Part shown: one piece after another, positions 19,801 through 29,700 of the stretch
Layout: the number at the start of each line of letters is the position of its first letter
How positions within the stretch are numbered: the first letter of the stretch is position 1
Assembly (NCBI GenBank): GCA_029254025.1
Contig: JAQWYK010000006.1
Coordinates: 7,260-71,259, forward strand
Direction of reading: 5' to 3'
DNA from: Crocinitomicaceae bacterium
GTDB taxonomy: Bacteria; Bacteroidota; Bacteroidia; Flavobacteriales_D; Crocinitomicaceae
DNA length: 64,000 nt
Position numbers and translations under genes: made by a program
Notes under the pieces: generated by a model
What the model was told of the DNA's origin: nothing
The model's database searches: none
Seen by the model: only the letters and a program-made list of their open reading frames with translations

Positions 19801-20965
19801 CGCCCGAGCCCAAAAGTTCGTCATCTTTATACCATGCACAGAATTGCCCCGGAGTTATTCCCCGTTGCAACTTGTCAAAAAGAACATATAGACCATCCTC
19901 TAATAGAATTATTTGGGCTTTTTGAAGTGGTTGGCGATAACGGATGCGGACGTCGTAGTAGACTGGCGTATTTATTTCAATTCGATTCTTTAGATTAGAA
20001 TATATAACACTATCATAATCAACTTTTAAAGCCCACCTATTTAGTCCTAAATGGTGATCTTCCTGTCCCGAATAAACAATGTTCTTAACAGTGTCCGTTT
20101 GTATCACGAATGATGGTTTTGGTCTTCCGCCAATTTGCAATCCTTTCCGTTGCCCAATTGTGTAAAAGTGAGCTCCTTGATGCCTGCCAACAACCTCACC
20201 ATCTTCCGGTTCAAAATGAAAGCTAGTTGACAGGGATTTTATATTCTCTAAGCTGACAGGGGTTGCATGGTATCCGTCTAATTGCTTTAGTGATGAAGGT
20301 ATCTCTATGATTTGACCTTCATTGACTTTTAGTTGTTGCTGTAAGAATTCCGGCAAACTTATCTTTCCTACAAAGCAAAGGCCTTGAGAATCTTTTTTAT
20401 CGGCCGTAACAAATCGTAATTCCTTAGCGATGGCTCGAACTTCTGACTTTTCTAAAGCTCCGATAGGGAAAAGGGCTTTACTTAGTTGGTCTTGATTGAG
20501 TTGACATAGGAAGTAGGATTGGTCTTTGTTTGAATCTTTACCTGCGAGGAGACTCACGGAGCCGTCTGGATTATCTTTTCGTCTGCAATAGTGTCCAGTT
20601 GCAACGTAGTCGGCTCCTAAATCCATTGCTGCCTTTAAGAAAACGTCGAATTTGATTTCCCTGTTACAGAGGACATCTGGATTTGGAGTTCTTCCCGAAG
20701 AGTATTCAGAAAACATATACTCAACTATTCTTTCATGGTATTCTTTGCTTAAGTCAATTACTTGGAAAGGAATCCCAAGTTGATTTGCTATGAGTAAGGC
20801 GTCATTACTATCATCAATCCAGGGGCATTCATCAGAAAGCGTCACGCTTTCATCATGCCAATTCCGCATAAACATACCAATTACTTCGTAGCCCTGCTCG
20901 ATAAGCAGGTGTGCTGCAACACTAGAATCAACACCGCCGCTTAAACCTACAACAACCCTTTTCAA
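19787..20965 (-). CDS. mnmA: tRNA 2-thiouridine(34) synthase
   Basis: 392 aa. PP-loop MKRVVVGLSGGVDSSVAAHLL plus full-length MnmA/TrmU similarity. Confidence 0.9.
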   Translation of the reverse strand: MKRVVVGLSGGVDSSVAAHLLIEQGYEVIGMFMRNWHDESVTLSDECPWIDDSNDALLIANQLGIPFQVIDLSKEYHERIVEYMFSEYSSGRTPNPDVLCNREIKFDVFLKAAMDLGADYVATGHYCRRKDNPDGSVSLLAGKDSNKDQSYFLCQLNQDQLSKALFPIGALEKSEVRAIAKELRFVTADKKDSQGLCFVGKISLPEFLQQQLKVNEGQIIEIPSSLKQLDGYHATPVSLENIKSLSTSFHFEPEDGEVVGRHQGAHFYTIGQRKGLQIGGRPKPSFVIQTDTVKNIVYSGQEDHHLGLNRWALKVDYDSVIYSNLKNRIEINTPVYYDVRIRYRQPLQKAQIILLEDGLYVLFDKLQRGITPGQFCAWYKDDELLGSGVIQH

Positions 20966-21204
20966 ATATTCTTTTTTTACAAAGATAATATAGTAGGTAA
21001 GATATTTGAACGTTATTTATGTGAAACATCGAATCCAAGTATTCTTCGAAAGTAGTAAAATATGTTTACAAGAGTAAATACATACTCAAAGAAAAAGTTA
21101 ACAATTGTATTTCTTAGTAATCCTGATAGATTACATATGTGAACTAATTATTTAACGAAAATTTTGGGTTCTACGTATCAATTTATTATAGTTTAGTGCG
21201 TTAA

Positions 21205-21918
21205 ATGATGAAATGGTTGATTATATCGTTGTCTTTTGCGTATGTATATCTAGGCTTCGGCCAAAATTGCAGTGATATCCTGATAATTGGTCAGGTCGAA
21301 GATACCTTGCAGCCCCAAGGTTTTTACAATTTAATGGTAATTAATAAAACTAATCAACGCGGAGTTTTCGGAAATCCGAGTGGTAGTTTTTCTGTATATG
21401 CTTCTCCTGGAGATGAACTAGCATTTTCTGTCAAAGGATATCCAACGAAATCAGTAATCGTTCGACCAGATCAAAACTGCCAGATGATTGTTGATGTATA
21501 TATATCGAAAAACCCACAGGAGTTTGAAGAAGTTGTTGTTTATCCAATCAAATCACTTCAAGATATCAAGGAGGAACGAGAGAGGCTGAGTATGCGAGAA
21601 ACAAGGACGATAACAGGTATTAACGTAATTGAAAGCCCAATAACAGCATTGTATGAACGTTTCAGTAAAAAGGCTCAATCCAAACAGCTAGTAGCTGAAA
21701 TGGAATTCAAAGATCAACAAGAGAAAGTATTAAAGGAATTGATCCGTACTTACGTTTCATATGATGTGGTTTATCTTAATGAAATTCATTTCGAGAGTTT
21801 TATCTTTTTTCTTAATATGGATGAATACTTCTTGAAGACTGCCAGTGATTATGAATTAATTACTTATATTAAGGATAAACTAGAGCATTTTAAAACTATT
21901 TATCCAGAATATTTTTAA
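21205..21918 (+). CDS. hypothetical secreted protein with CarboxypepD_reg-like (Ig-fold) N-terminal domain
   Basis: Signal peptide, then GQVEDTLQPQGFYNLMVINKTNQRGVFGNPSGSFSVYASPGDELAFSVKGYPTKSVIV, which resembles the carboxypeptidase regulatory-like domain. Confidence 0.55.
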   Translation: MMKWLIISLSFAYVYLGFGQNCSDILIIGQVEDTLQPQGFYNLMVINKTNQRGVFGNPSGSFSVYASPGDELAFSVKGYPTKSVIVRPDQNCQMIVDVYISKNPQEFEEVVVYPIKSLQDIKEERERLSMRETRTITGINVIESPITALYERFSKKAQSKQLVAEMEFKDQQEKVLKELIRTYVSYDVVYLNEIHFESFIFFLNMDEYFLKTASDYELITYIKDKLEHFKTIYPEYF

Positions 21919-22013
21919 GTTTAAAAAATAATTTTTTGATGAAAAAAAAACATGATTTTGTCAATTCGATTTTTTTCCCTAAACTTGCCTTCAAATTAAC
22001 TAAATTTAACAAC

Positions 22014-22595
22014 ATGAAAAGTAAATTATTTTTCGCAGGACTCTTGGTATTCTCAATAACATCCTGCAGTTCTTGGAAGCACACAAATCGCGTTTCTACA
22101 ATTGACGACAGTCGAATAGCTCTTTCCAATGAAGTTGCTGTAGATGTTAAAGTAGATTTGGAAAAAGTAGTCCGCTCCAATTCTCGTAAGCATTCTTCCA
22201 TTAAATCAGCAAAAGATGAGGCTATGTTTTTAGCGATTTCTGAAAACAATATTCATATTGTGGTTGACCCAATTTATAGTATTCAATCAACTCGAGGGCT
22301 TTTTGGTACTAAGCATTATGCTTCATTAACTGGCTTTGCTGGATATTATGTAAATGCAAGGTCTCAAAAGGAAGTAGATGATATCGCTGCTTCGAAAAAG
22401 GAAGCGGAAGACCAAGCAGCTTTTGAAAGAGCATTAAACAACTTTAAAGAAATGAAATCATTCAATTCTACGGTTTCAACAAAAACAAAAGAGTTTATTG
22501 GTCAAAAGGAGTGTAAAGACTGTCCTTCTGGAAAAGCTGTTACGAAAACTACTTCAGCTCAAGAGTATTTTAAACTTGTCGAAAGTCTTAAATAA
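22014..22595 (+). CDS. hypothetical lipoprotein (paralog A of a tandem pair)
   Basis: Lipobox ...FSITSCSSWKH. Shares AKDEAMF.AISENNIHIVVDPIY...GFAGYYVN...AEDQ with the next gene. Confidence 0.6.
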   Translation: MKSKLFFAGLLVFSITSCSSWKHTNRVSTIDDSRIALSNEVAVDVKVDLEKVVRSNSRKHSSIKSAKDEAMFLAISENNIHIVVDPIYSIQSTRGLFGTKHYASLTGFAGYYVNARSQKEVDDIAASKKEAEDQAAFERALNNFKEMKSFNSTVSTKTKEFIGQKECKDCPSGKAVTKTTSAQEYFKLVESLK

Positions 22596-22622
22596 TTGAT
22601 TCTTAACTTAAAAACTAAAAAC

Positions 22623-23357
22623 ATGTATAACTTAAATAATATTATCAAAACAACAGTGGTTTTAAGCGCTGTAGTTTTACTGACCTCTTGTAATACCTAC
22701 AAGCATTCATACAGACAGTCAAATATTCCGGATACCAAAGTAAATGTTGCTGATAAAATTGCTGTAGAACTTGAGATGGATGAGTCCAAAGTGATTCGTG
22801 CAACAACAACACATCGTCATGCGAGTGTTCAGGATGCTAAAGATGAAGCTTATTATAATGCAATCACTCAAAATAATATTCATGTATTGGTTGATCCAGT
22901 TTACCGTGTAACAACTGCTGGAAAAATTCTCATTTTTGGAGGTAAAAGTACCGCTGAGGTTATCGGTTTTGCGGGTTACTACCGAAACCCTCAATCATTA
23001 ACTGAATTAGAGGATGCGCGAAAAGCAGAAAAAAATGCAGAGGACCAAGAAAAGCTAGATGCAGCCTTAGCCAACATGAAAATGTTGAAAGATGCTGGTG
23101 CGATAGTTCAAAACACTTCTCAAACCGCAACCTCAGATGTTTGTGGAAAAACGAATTGTGTGATTACGAAGGAATCTGAAGAAACATCTTTGGTTGATGC
23201 TTACAATGAGTTCGTTAAAGGTGTAGAAGATCCTTCATCTGCTTCTACAGTAAAAGTATTAGATGTGGCGGACAGTTCTGACGAAGTTCTTGAACCAGTT
23301 GATAATGAAGGGATTTTGGCTAAGATTAAACGATTTTTTCAAGGTCTTTTCAAATAG
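22623..23357 (+). CDS. hypothetical lipoprotein (paralog B of a tandem pair)
   Basis: Lipobox LLTSCNTYKH and motifs AKDEAYYNAITQNNIHVLVDPVY...GFAGYYRN...AEDQ, collinear with 22014..22595. Confidence 0.6.
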   Translation: MYNLNNIIKTTVVLSAVVLLTSCNTYKHSYRQSNIPDTKVNVADKIAVELEMDESKVIRATTTHRHASVQDAKDEAYYNAITQNNIHVLVDPVYRVTTAGKILIFGGKSTAEVIGFAGYYRNPQSLTELEDARKAEKNAEDQEKLDAALANMKMLKDAGAIVQNTSQTATSDVCGKTNCVITKESEETSLVDAYNEFVKGVEDPSSASTVKVLDVADSSDEVLEPVDNEGILAKIKRFFQGLFK

Positions 23358-23435
23358 TAGACTTTAAAATTGAATAGAGCATTAAAAAAGGTGGTGGGGG
23401 TTCCTGCCGCCTTTTTTGTTTAATTTTTTTAAATT

Positions 23436-24245
23436 ATGAAGCTTATAAAAATAACTACAATTACTTTTTTCGGATTTGTGTTAGGAAACCTATATTGCTT
23501 AAGTCAAAATGCGATTAGCCCTAGTGAATCTATTCTTAGTGTAGACGTGAATTATTCAACACAATATAATTCTCTATTTCGTTTTCTGGAGCTTAGAGGA
23601 GTTATAGGCACAAACAATACCGGAATTGTGATTGGGATTCAGCGCGAAAATTTAACAAAGGGAAACATTGGCGATGAAATTTCTTTTATTACTGATAGTG
23701 AAAAATACAGTTCAAATTTTTTTGGTGATCCTGGAAGGATTTATAATCACTCTTTAAGTCAGTCTGATGTAGATGAGTTGACGGAAAAAATTGAATCGGA
23801 AACATCCTCCAGTGTTGAATCAATTTACCTCGATAACTACAATTATTACAGTATAGATAGAGGTTGGACTTTCAAATTAGGCTATCAATACGGTTTTCCA
23901 TTTGGCTTGTATTTTAATGCAGGTGTTGATTTTACAACAAATAGAACGAAAGATCTTTATGATGTTTACTACTATACTTCGAATTCTGGATTTTATGATA
24001 CATTTGAAGATAGAGGATGGGCTTTTGGTGTTAGGCTATGGACGGGCATAGGTTATGCATTAGACTTAGGTAAAGATAAAAAATATTACTTAAATGCTCA
24101 AGCTACTTATAACTCTATACAGTATACAGCAACAATAGAAAGAAATTTTATCATTAATGCGGGCTTTGGTTTTCGAATTGGCGCTCAAGGAAAAACATCA
24201 ATTCAAGGAACAAGGGGGAGCAGCTTAGCAACTCGTCCAAAATAA
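23436..24245 (+). CDS. hypothetical secreted protein (possible outer-membrane beta-rich protein)
   Basis: 269-aa ORF with a signal peptide and a Tyr/Gly-rich alternating pattern. Confidence 0.5.
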   Translation: MKLIKITTITFFGFVLGNLYCLSQNAISPSESILSVDVNYSTQYNSLFRFLELRGVIGTNNTGIVIGIQRENLTKGNIGDEISFITDSEKYSSNFFGDPGRIYNHSLSQSDVDELTEKIESETSSSVESIYLDNYNYYSIDRGWTFKLGYQYGFPFGLYFNAGVDFTTNRTKDLYDVYYYTSNSGFYDTFEDRGWAFGVRLWTGIGYALDLGKDKKYYLNAQATYNSIQYTATIERNFIINAGFGFRIGAQGKTSIQGTRGSSLATRPK

Positions 24246-24338
24246 ATTTGATTATTCGGCATTTTTTTAAAAAAAAGTAAAATACATACTGTAAATCATT
24301 TATTTAAATTAAATTTGTACAATTAAAAAAAAATAAAA

Positions 24339-24977
24339 ATGAAAAAATTATTTATTTCTCTAGTACTTTTATCTTCAGTTGGTGCGTATTCTCAAACTGA
24401 TGAAGGTTTGTTTTTTGATTTGAACTTAGGTTCGCGCATTGGCGGGGTAACTTCTGAGGATGCTAAAATGGGACCAGGGTTTCATTTGGATGGAGGTGTA
24501 GGTTACATGTTTTCGAACATTATCGGAATCAAAGGAGAACTTGGAATGGATTGGTTTAACGCAATGTCTGCAGATGAAACTACTGAGGATAGAGCAGGAA
24601 TGGGACGTGCAACTTTGATGGCTGTTTTGGGCGTTTCAGAGCTCGCAGGTTTTGGTACTGAAAAATTTGCTTTACGTCTTAATCTAGGTTTTGGGCTTGC
24701 ATCTCTAAGTAACCCTAATTGGAAGGATGATCGTATTGCATCAGGATATGAGTTTGCAGATCCTTTATTAAAAGGAAACGATGATATGGGACATTTCATT
24801 ATCGGTTTGAATCCACAGTATCATATCAATAGTTCAATATCTGTCAATGCTAACATAGCATTTGTAGGGTTGTTACAACAAAGTTATGTAGTTGATCGCT
24901 CTACAAATGTCGCAGTTGAAGGTGTTCAAAACATAGTTAATGCCTCTGTTGGAATTTCTTACAGATTGGGACAATAA
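24339..24977 (+). CDS. outer-membrane beta-barrel protein (OmpA-like TM barrel / OMP_b-brl family)
   Basis: Signal peptide MKKLFISLVLLSSVGAYSQ and Gly/aromatic-rich alternating beta-strands, followed by a hairpin terminator at 24998-25028. Confidence 0.6.
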   Translation: MKKLFISLVLLSSVGAYSQTDEGLFFDLNLGSRIGGVTSEDAKMGPGFHLDGGVGYMFSNIIGIKGELGMDWFNAMSADETTEDRAGMGRATLMAVLGVSELAGFGTEKFALRLNLGFGLASLSNPNWKDDRIASGYEFADPLLKGNDDMGHFIIGLNPQYHINSSISVNANIAFVGLLQQSYVVDRSTNVAVEGVQNIVNASVGISYRLGQ

Positions 24978-24997
24978 TATCATTGAAAAATCTATTT

Positions 24998-25028
24998 AAA
25001 AAAGGTAGCGTTGTGCTACCTTTTTTTA
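24998..25028 (+). terminator. rho-independent terminator (GGTAGC...GCTACC plus T-run)
   Basis: aaaaaaggtagcgttgtgctaccttttttt. Confidence 0.65.
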
Positions 25029-25053
25029 TTTGAAAAATTTATATTAGAATTTA

Positions 25054-25521
25054 ATGAAGATAATTTTCCTAAAAATATGTGTTATAGCATTTTCAATAGC
25101 ATCATGCAATAAGAATTTGACAGTAGAAGAGCAATATGCCATTGACAAGGATATTATTGACCAATATATAGCAGACAACGGATTGACAGGAGAGGTTGAG
25201 GTTACTAGTTCCGGTTTACATTATGTAGTTTCATCAATAGGTACAGGTAACTTCCCCAATACAACGAACAATGTAACTGTTCGCTACACGGGTAAATTTA
25301 CAGATAATCAATTGTTTGATCAAAGTGCTGAGGCTGGGGCGACATTTAATTTGCAACATGTTATTCAAGGATGGACCGAGGGAATTCCATTGTTCAAAGA
25401 GGGTGGGGAAGGGATACTTATATTGCCATCTAAATTGGCCTATGGACCTAACGGGAATAGCAGTATACCTCCGAATTCAGTGTTGGTATTCGACGTTGAG
25501 TTACTAAATATTGTGGACTAG
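25054..25521 (+). CDS. FKBP-type peptidyl-prolyl cis-trans isomerase (lipoprotein, FkpA/FklB-like)
   Basis: 155 aa. Lipoprotein signal (ASCNKN). FKBP domain ...LQHVIQGWTEGIPLFKEGGEGILILPSKLAYGPNG...VLVFDVELLNIV. Confidence 0.85.
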   Translation: MKIIFLKICVIAFSIASCNKNLTVEEQYAIDKDIIDQYIADNGLTGEVEVTSSGLHYVVSSIGTGNFPNTTNNVTVRYTGKFTDNQLFDQSAEAGATFNLQHVIQGWTEGIPLFKEGGEGILILPSKLAYGPNGNSSIPPNSVLVFDVELLNIVD

Positions 25522-25538
25522 CAAGAAGTTGATAGAAA

Positions 25539-25576
25539 TAAAAAAAGCGCGTTCGAATGAAACGCGCTTTTTTTGG
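25539..25576. terminator. bidirectional rho-independent terminator between convergent FKBP genes
   Basis: aaaaaaagcgcgttcgaatgaaacgcgcttttttt. The GTTCGAAT inside is hairpin sequence, not a tRNA T-loop. Confidence 0.7.
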
Positions 25577-25588
25577 AATATTGTTTAA

Positions 25589-26017
25589 TTAGTTGATTCC
25601 AACTACTTCAATTTCGAAGGTTAAATCTTGTCCAGCTAGCGGGTGATTTCCGTCAACTACTATAGAACTTTCTCTCACTTCGCTAACGCGCAGTTGAATC
25701 TCAGAACCATCAGGCATTGTGGAAGTTAATCCCATTCCTATTTCAGGTTTCATATCTTGAGGTAACTTATCGTTTGGTACTTCTTGAATTAATTCTTCTC
25801 TCGGTTCACCATAAGCTTCAGCACAAGGGATAACAACAGTTTTCTTTTCGTTCAACGTCATATTCATTACTCCGTTTTCGAAACCTGGGATCAATTGTCC
25901 TCGGCCCATTTGGAACTCAAGAGGCTCTCTTCCCTCTGAAGTGTCGAAAACTTCTCCGTTTCCTAATTTCCCGGTGTAATGCACCTTTACTTTGTCATCT
26001 TGTTTAACTTGACTCAT
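25589..26017 (-). CDS. FKBP-type peptidyl-prolyl isomerase, SlyD-like
   Basis: 142 aa MSQVKQDDKVKVHYTGKLGNGEVFDTSEGREPLEFQMGRGQLIPGFENGV..., an FKBP fold with an inserted flap. Confidence 0.85.
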   Translation of the reverse strand: MSQVKQDDKVKVHYTGKLGNGEVFDTSEGREPLEFQMGRGQLIPGFENGVMNMTLNEKKTVVIPCAEAYGEPREELIQEVPNDKLPQDMKPEIGMGLTSTMPDGSEIQLRVSEVRESSIVVDGNHPLAGQDLTFEIEVVGIN

Positions 26018-26321
26018 ACTACTTTAGTTTGAATTATTTATATTATGAAATGAATTAAAAACATGTAAAATGTTTGATTTTTAGAACATTTCTATGCAAA
26101 GTTAATGTTTTTTGATGGTTTTCAAAATAAATGAAGACTTGTCACGAACTCAATTCCTTAAATGATTTAGGTATAGTATGAATAAAAAGTACACACAAAT
26201 AAAAATGATCTGAATTCCAATACTGCAATAGCGTGATTCAGGTAAAATGTAAATTAACACTCCTAAGTGGATATGTGAATTTACATGACCGGCAAATAAG
26301 TAGGTTTTATACTTAGTATAT

Positions 26322-26765
26322 TTGAGAACTATGAATAAGCTATTACTACTCCTTTCTTTTGGGTTCTTCTGCCATGAAGTATATTCCCAAGAACATTCTA
26401 TTGGTCAATACACAACAATTTACTCAGATCAATTCCTGGATATTGAGGCAGCAGAAGGTGTTTTTACAGATGTGTCCACAAACAAATCTCACCAGCGTTA
26501 CTTCTTGAAGTATACAAATAAAACTTCGGAGGATATAACGTTTTCATTTGTGCGTTCTACTGAATACCAATCAGATTGCACTAGTTGCCCAAGTTCTTTA
26601 AGTGAATCTATTTTTAATATTGATATTCAAGCAAATGAAATAAAAGAGTTTTCAAGTAAGAATTCAGATAAACGGTTTTACATCTTTGTGAAAGACAACA
26701 ACAATTGGATTAAAAATCAATTGATCAGTTTTGAAATTACAACTATTCAATACAACCTTAAATAA
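26322..26765 (+). CDS. hypothetical secreted protein
   Basis: 147 aa with a signal peptide. Ends 5 nt before the giant adhesin gene. Confidence 0.5.
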   Translation: MRTMNKLLLLLSFGFFCHEVYSQEHSIGQYTTIYSDQFLDIEAAEGVFTDVSTNKSHQRYFLKYTNKTSEDITFSFVRSTEYQSDCTSCPSSLSESIFNIDIQANEIKEFSSKNSDKRFYIFVKDNNNWIKNQLISFEITTIQYNLK

Positions 26766-26769
26766 GAAA

Positions 26770-29700
26770 ATGAAACTCAATTTACTACTATTTAGCTTTA
26801 CTTTTCTTTCGCTATATTCTATAAGTCAGTGTGAAGTATTTACTTCTGCGAGCCAGTATGAGATTTATTGTGGTGAAGGTGTTTCCTTAACTGCTTTTGG
26901 ACAATCAAACGGTACCGTTGTATTGAGCGAAGATTTTAACACAGGTGGATTCGGAGCAGGTTGGGGCTCCACTCCAGGATCTACTAGTTTTTCCAATCCT
27001 TGCTCACCAGGAGGAGTAGATGGAACACCTCACGCTTGGATGGACAACACTACCGCAGTTCCGCGTACTTTACAATCTGCTGTTTACGATTTAACTGCAG
27101 CAACTGCTGGTGTTACCATTTGTTTTGATTTATTATTTGCTTCCCAAGGGGATGCTTCTCCTTGTGAGGGACCAGATGAACCAGATGAGGGTGTATTTTT
27201 AGAATACTCAATTGATGGAGGAGCGACATGGATACAGATCACTTATTTTGATCCAAACGGAGGAAATGATCCTCAACTTACGAATTGGAATAACTGGTGT
27301 TTTCAAGTTCCAGCTGGAGCAATAACAACGAATACCATGTTTAGATGGCATCAAACTGCTGATTCAGGTGCTGACTTTGACCATTGGGGAATTGATAACG
27401 TAGAAATCTTTCAAAATGATGTTAGTGCTGAGTTAGAGTGGCTACATGATGGTTATTCATACGGTGTTGGTAATCCTGGAGGTACAAATCCAACGGACGT
27501 AACGCCAACATCTACAACTACCTATACTGCTCAGTTGACAACGGGTAGTGGAGTAGTGTGTACGCAAGACATTACGATTGTCGTTCTTGACCCTGTATAT
27601 GATGTTAATGTCTCACTTGCTCCAACTACAATTTGTGTTGGTGACTGTGCTGACTTCTCTGGTGATGCATCTTGGGTTATTGATCCAGGAGGAGTAGAGA
27701 CTTATGAAAACAACCAATTGGAAATTGTTACAACTGGCTCGGCATCTGTGAATATTAATATTCAAGATTTAAATATGACCACCGTTGATCCGGGTTCTAT
27801 TCTTGAAATCTGTATTAATGACTTTAATTTTTCAGGAACAGAGCTTTGTACGAATTTCTTTGGAGGCTGCAACTGTAATGGTGTTCCGATTAATTTCGGT
27901 GATAACTGTAATATAGACGCATCTAGTTTTAATATAACTGTGACTTCGCCAAACGGATGTGTGATTACATTAGTTCCAGCCGGAACTATAACTACGACAG
28001 GAATTCAAGACATGTGTTTTGTACCTGCTGGAGGTGACCCCTTAGCGACAGGTTCTGGAAATTATATGGGGCAATTTGATCCCAACGATCCAATTTCTAA
28101 TTTAAATGGGTGTGATGCGAATGGAGTTTGGACACTTGAGTTCAACACGGGTACAGGTGGATTTGGATTTGGATTTGGTTCGTTAACTGGATGGAACATC
28201 ACGTTTGATGATCCACCAATCGTTGAACCTGTTAATACTGTTTGGTCTCCAACGAATGGATTAACTGACCCTAACTCAATAAATACACAAGCTTGTCCAA
28301 CGACAACAACAACTTATACACTTGAGGTTGACAATGGTGTTCCCGGTTGTGCTACTTATACCGAGGATTTCACATTAACTGTTGATCCTTGTGGTGGGTG
28401 TATTCCTCCTGTTTTAAATTTAGATCCTATTTTGGTTTGTTCCCCGAATAATGCAGATTTAAACGATGGTATAAACCCTACTTCTGACCCTGCAACGATT
28501 ACTTTTCATGGTACACAAGCAGATGCTCAAAACGGGGTGAATCCTATTAGTAATACAACAGGATCTGCTGGATCATACTGGGTGAGGGCAGAAGACCCTT
28601 TAGATCCAACATGTTTTGAAGTGTATGAAATTGAAGTAACCGTAATTACCGTAGCTTACAATGCTAACGTTACGGATGAAAACTGTGGTAACCTTGATGG
28701 TGAATTGGATTTAACAGCTTCCGGAGGAACTGTACCTTACACGTATTCTATTGATAATGGATTGACTTCACAAGGAACAGGACTGTTTAATGGACTTTCC
28801 GCTGGAAGTTACAATATTGTTATCACGGACAACAATGGTTGCGAAGTAACTGGAACTGAAGTTGTCGGAAATATCGGAGGACCAACAATTGACGCAATAA
28901 CTCCTCAAGATCCAACTTGTGCTGGTGATTGTGATGGAGAAATTACAGTTACTGTCTCTGGAGGAACGCTGCCTTATACCTATCAGTGGCTAGATAACTT
29001 AGGAAATCCAATTGGCACCAATGCCACAAGTATTTCAGGTTTGTGCGCTGGTGATTACAATATCGAAGTAAATGATGCTTCTGGCGCGTGTGCTGCAACG
29101 GATAATGCAACACTTAATGATCCTGCTCCTGAAGACCCGTCATTTACGCTAAACGATTTTTGTGTGAATGCAGCGAACAATGCAACTATATCAGGAGATG
29201 CTGGCGGAACTTTTTCTTTTAATCCTCTACCTGGGGACGGAGCATCTATTGATGCATCAACTGGAGAGATAACAGACGGTGTTAATGGAACAACATATAC
29301 TGTAGAATACACTACTGGAGGAGTTTGTCCAGTTTCATCTGCTCAAACTGTTACCGTAACAGGTTTTACGTTTGGTTCCAATGTAATCGATGAAAACTGC
29401 GGAAACTTGGATGGAGAAATTGAGCTTGTACCGAATGGAGGAGCTGCTCCGTATTCATTTTCTATTGATAACGGGACAACGAACCAAGCTGGAGCGACCT
29501 TTGCCGGTCTTGCTGCAGGTGTTTATAACGTAGTCATAATTGATAATAATGGTTGTGAAGCAACGGGAACGGCTAACATTGCTAATATTGGAGGTCCATC
29601 TATTGCAACGATTGATATACTCGATCCTTCTTGTGCAGGTCTTTGTGACGGAGAAATCACAATAACAATTAATGGTGGAACACTTCCATACACCTACCAA

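Noticed and set aside
25546-25568. GTTCGAAT sequence resembling a tRNA T-loop
   Set aside because: It forms the loop/stem of a perfect terminator hairpin (AGCGCGTT cgaatga AACGCGCT plus T-run) between convergent genes. There is no acceptor or anticodon arm context.
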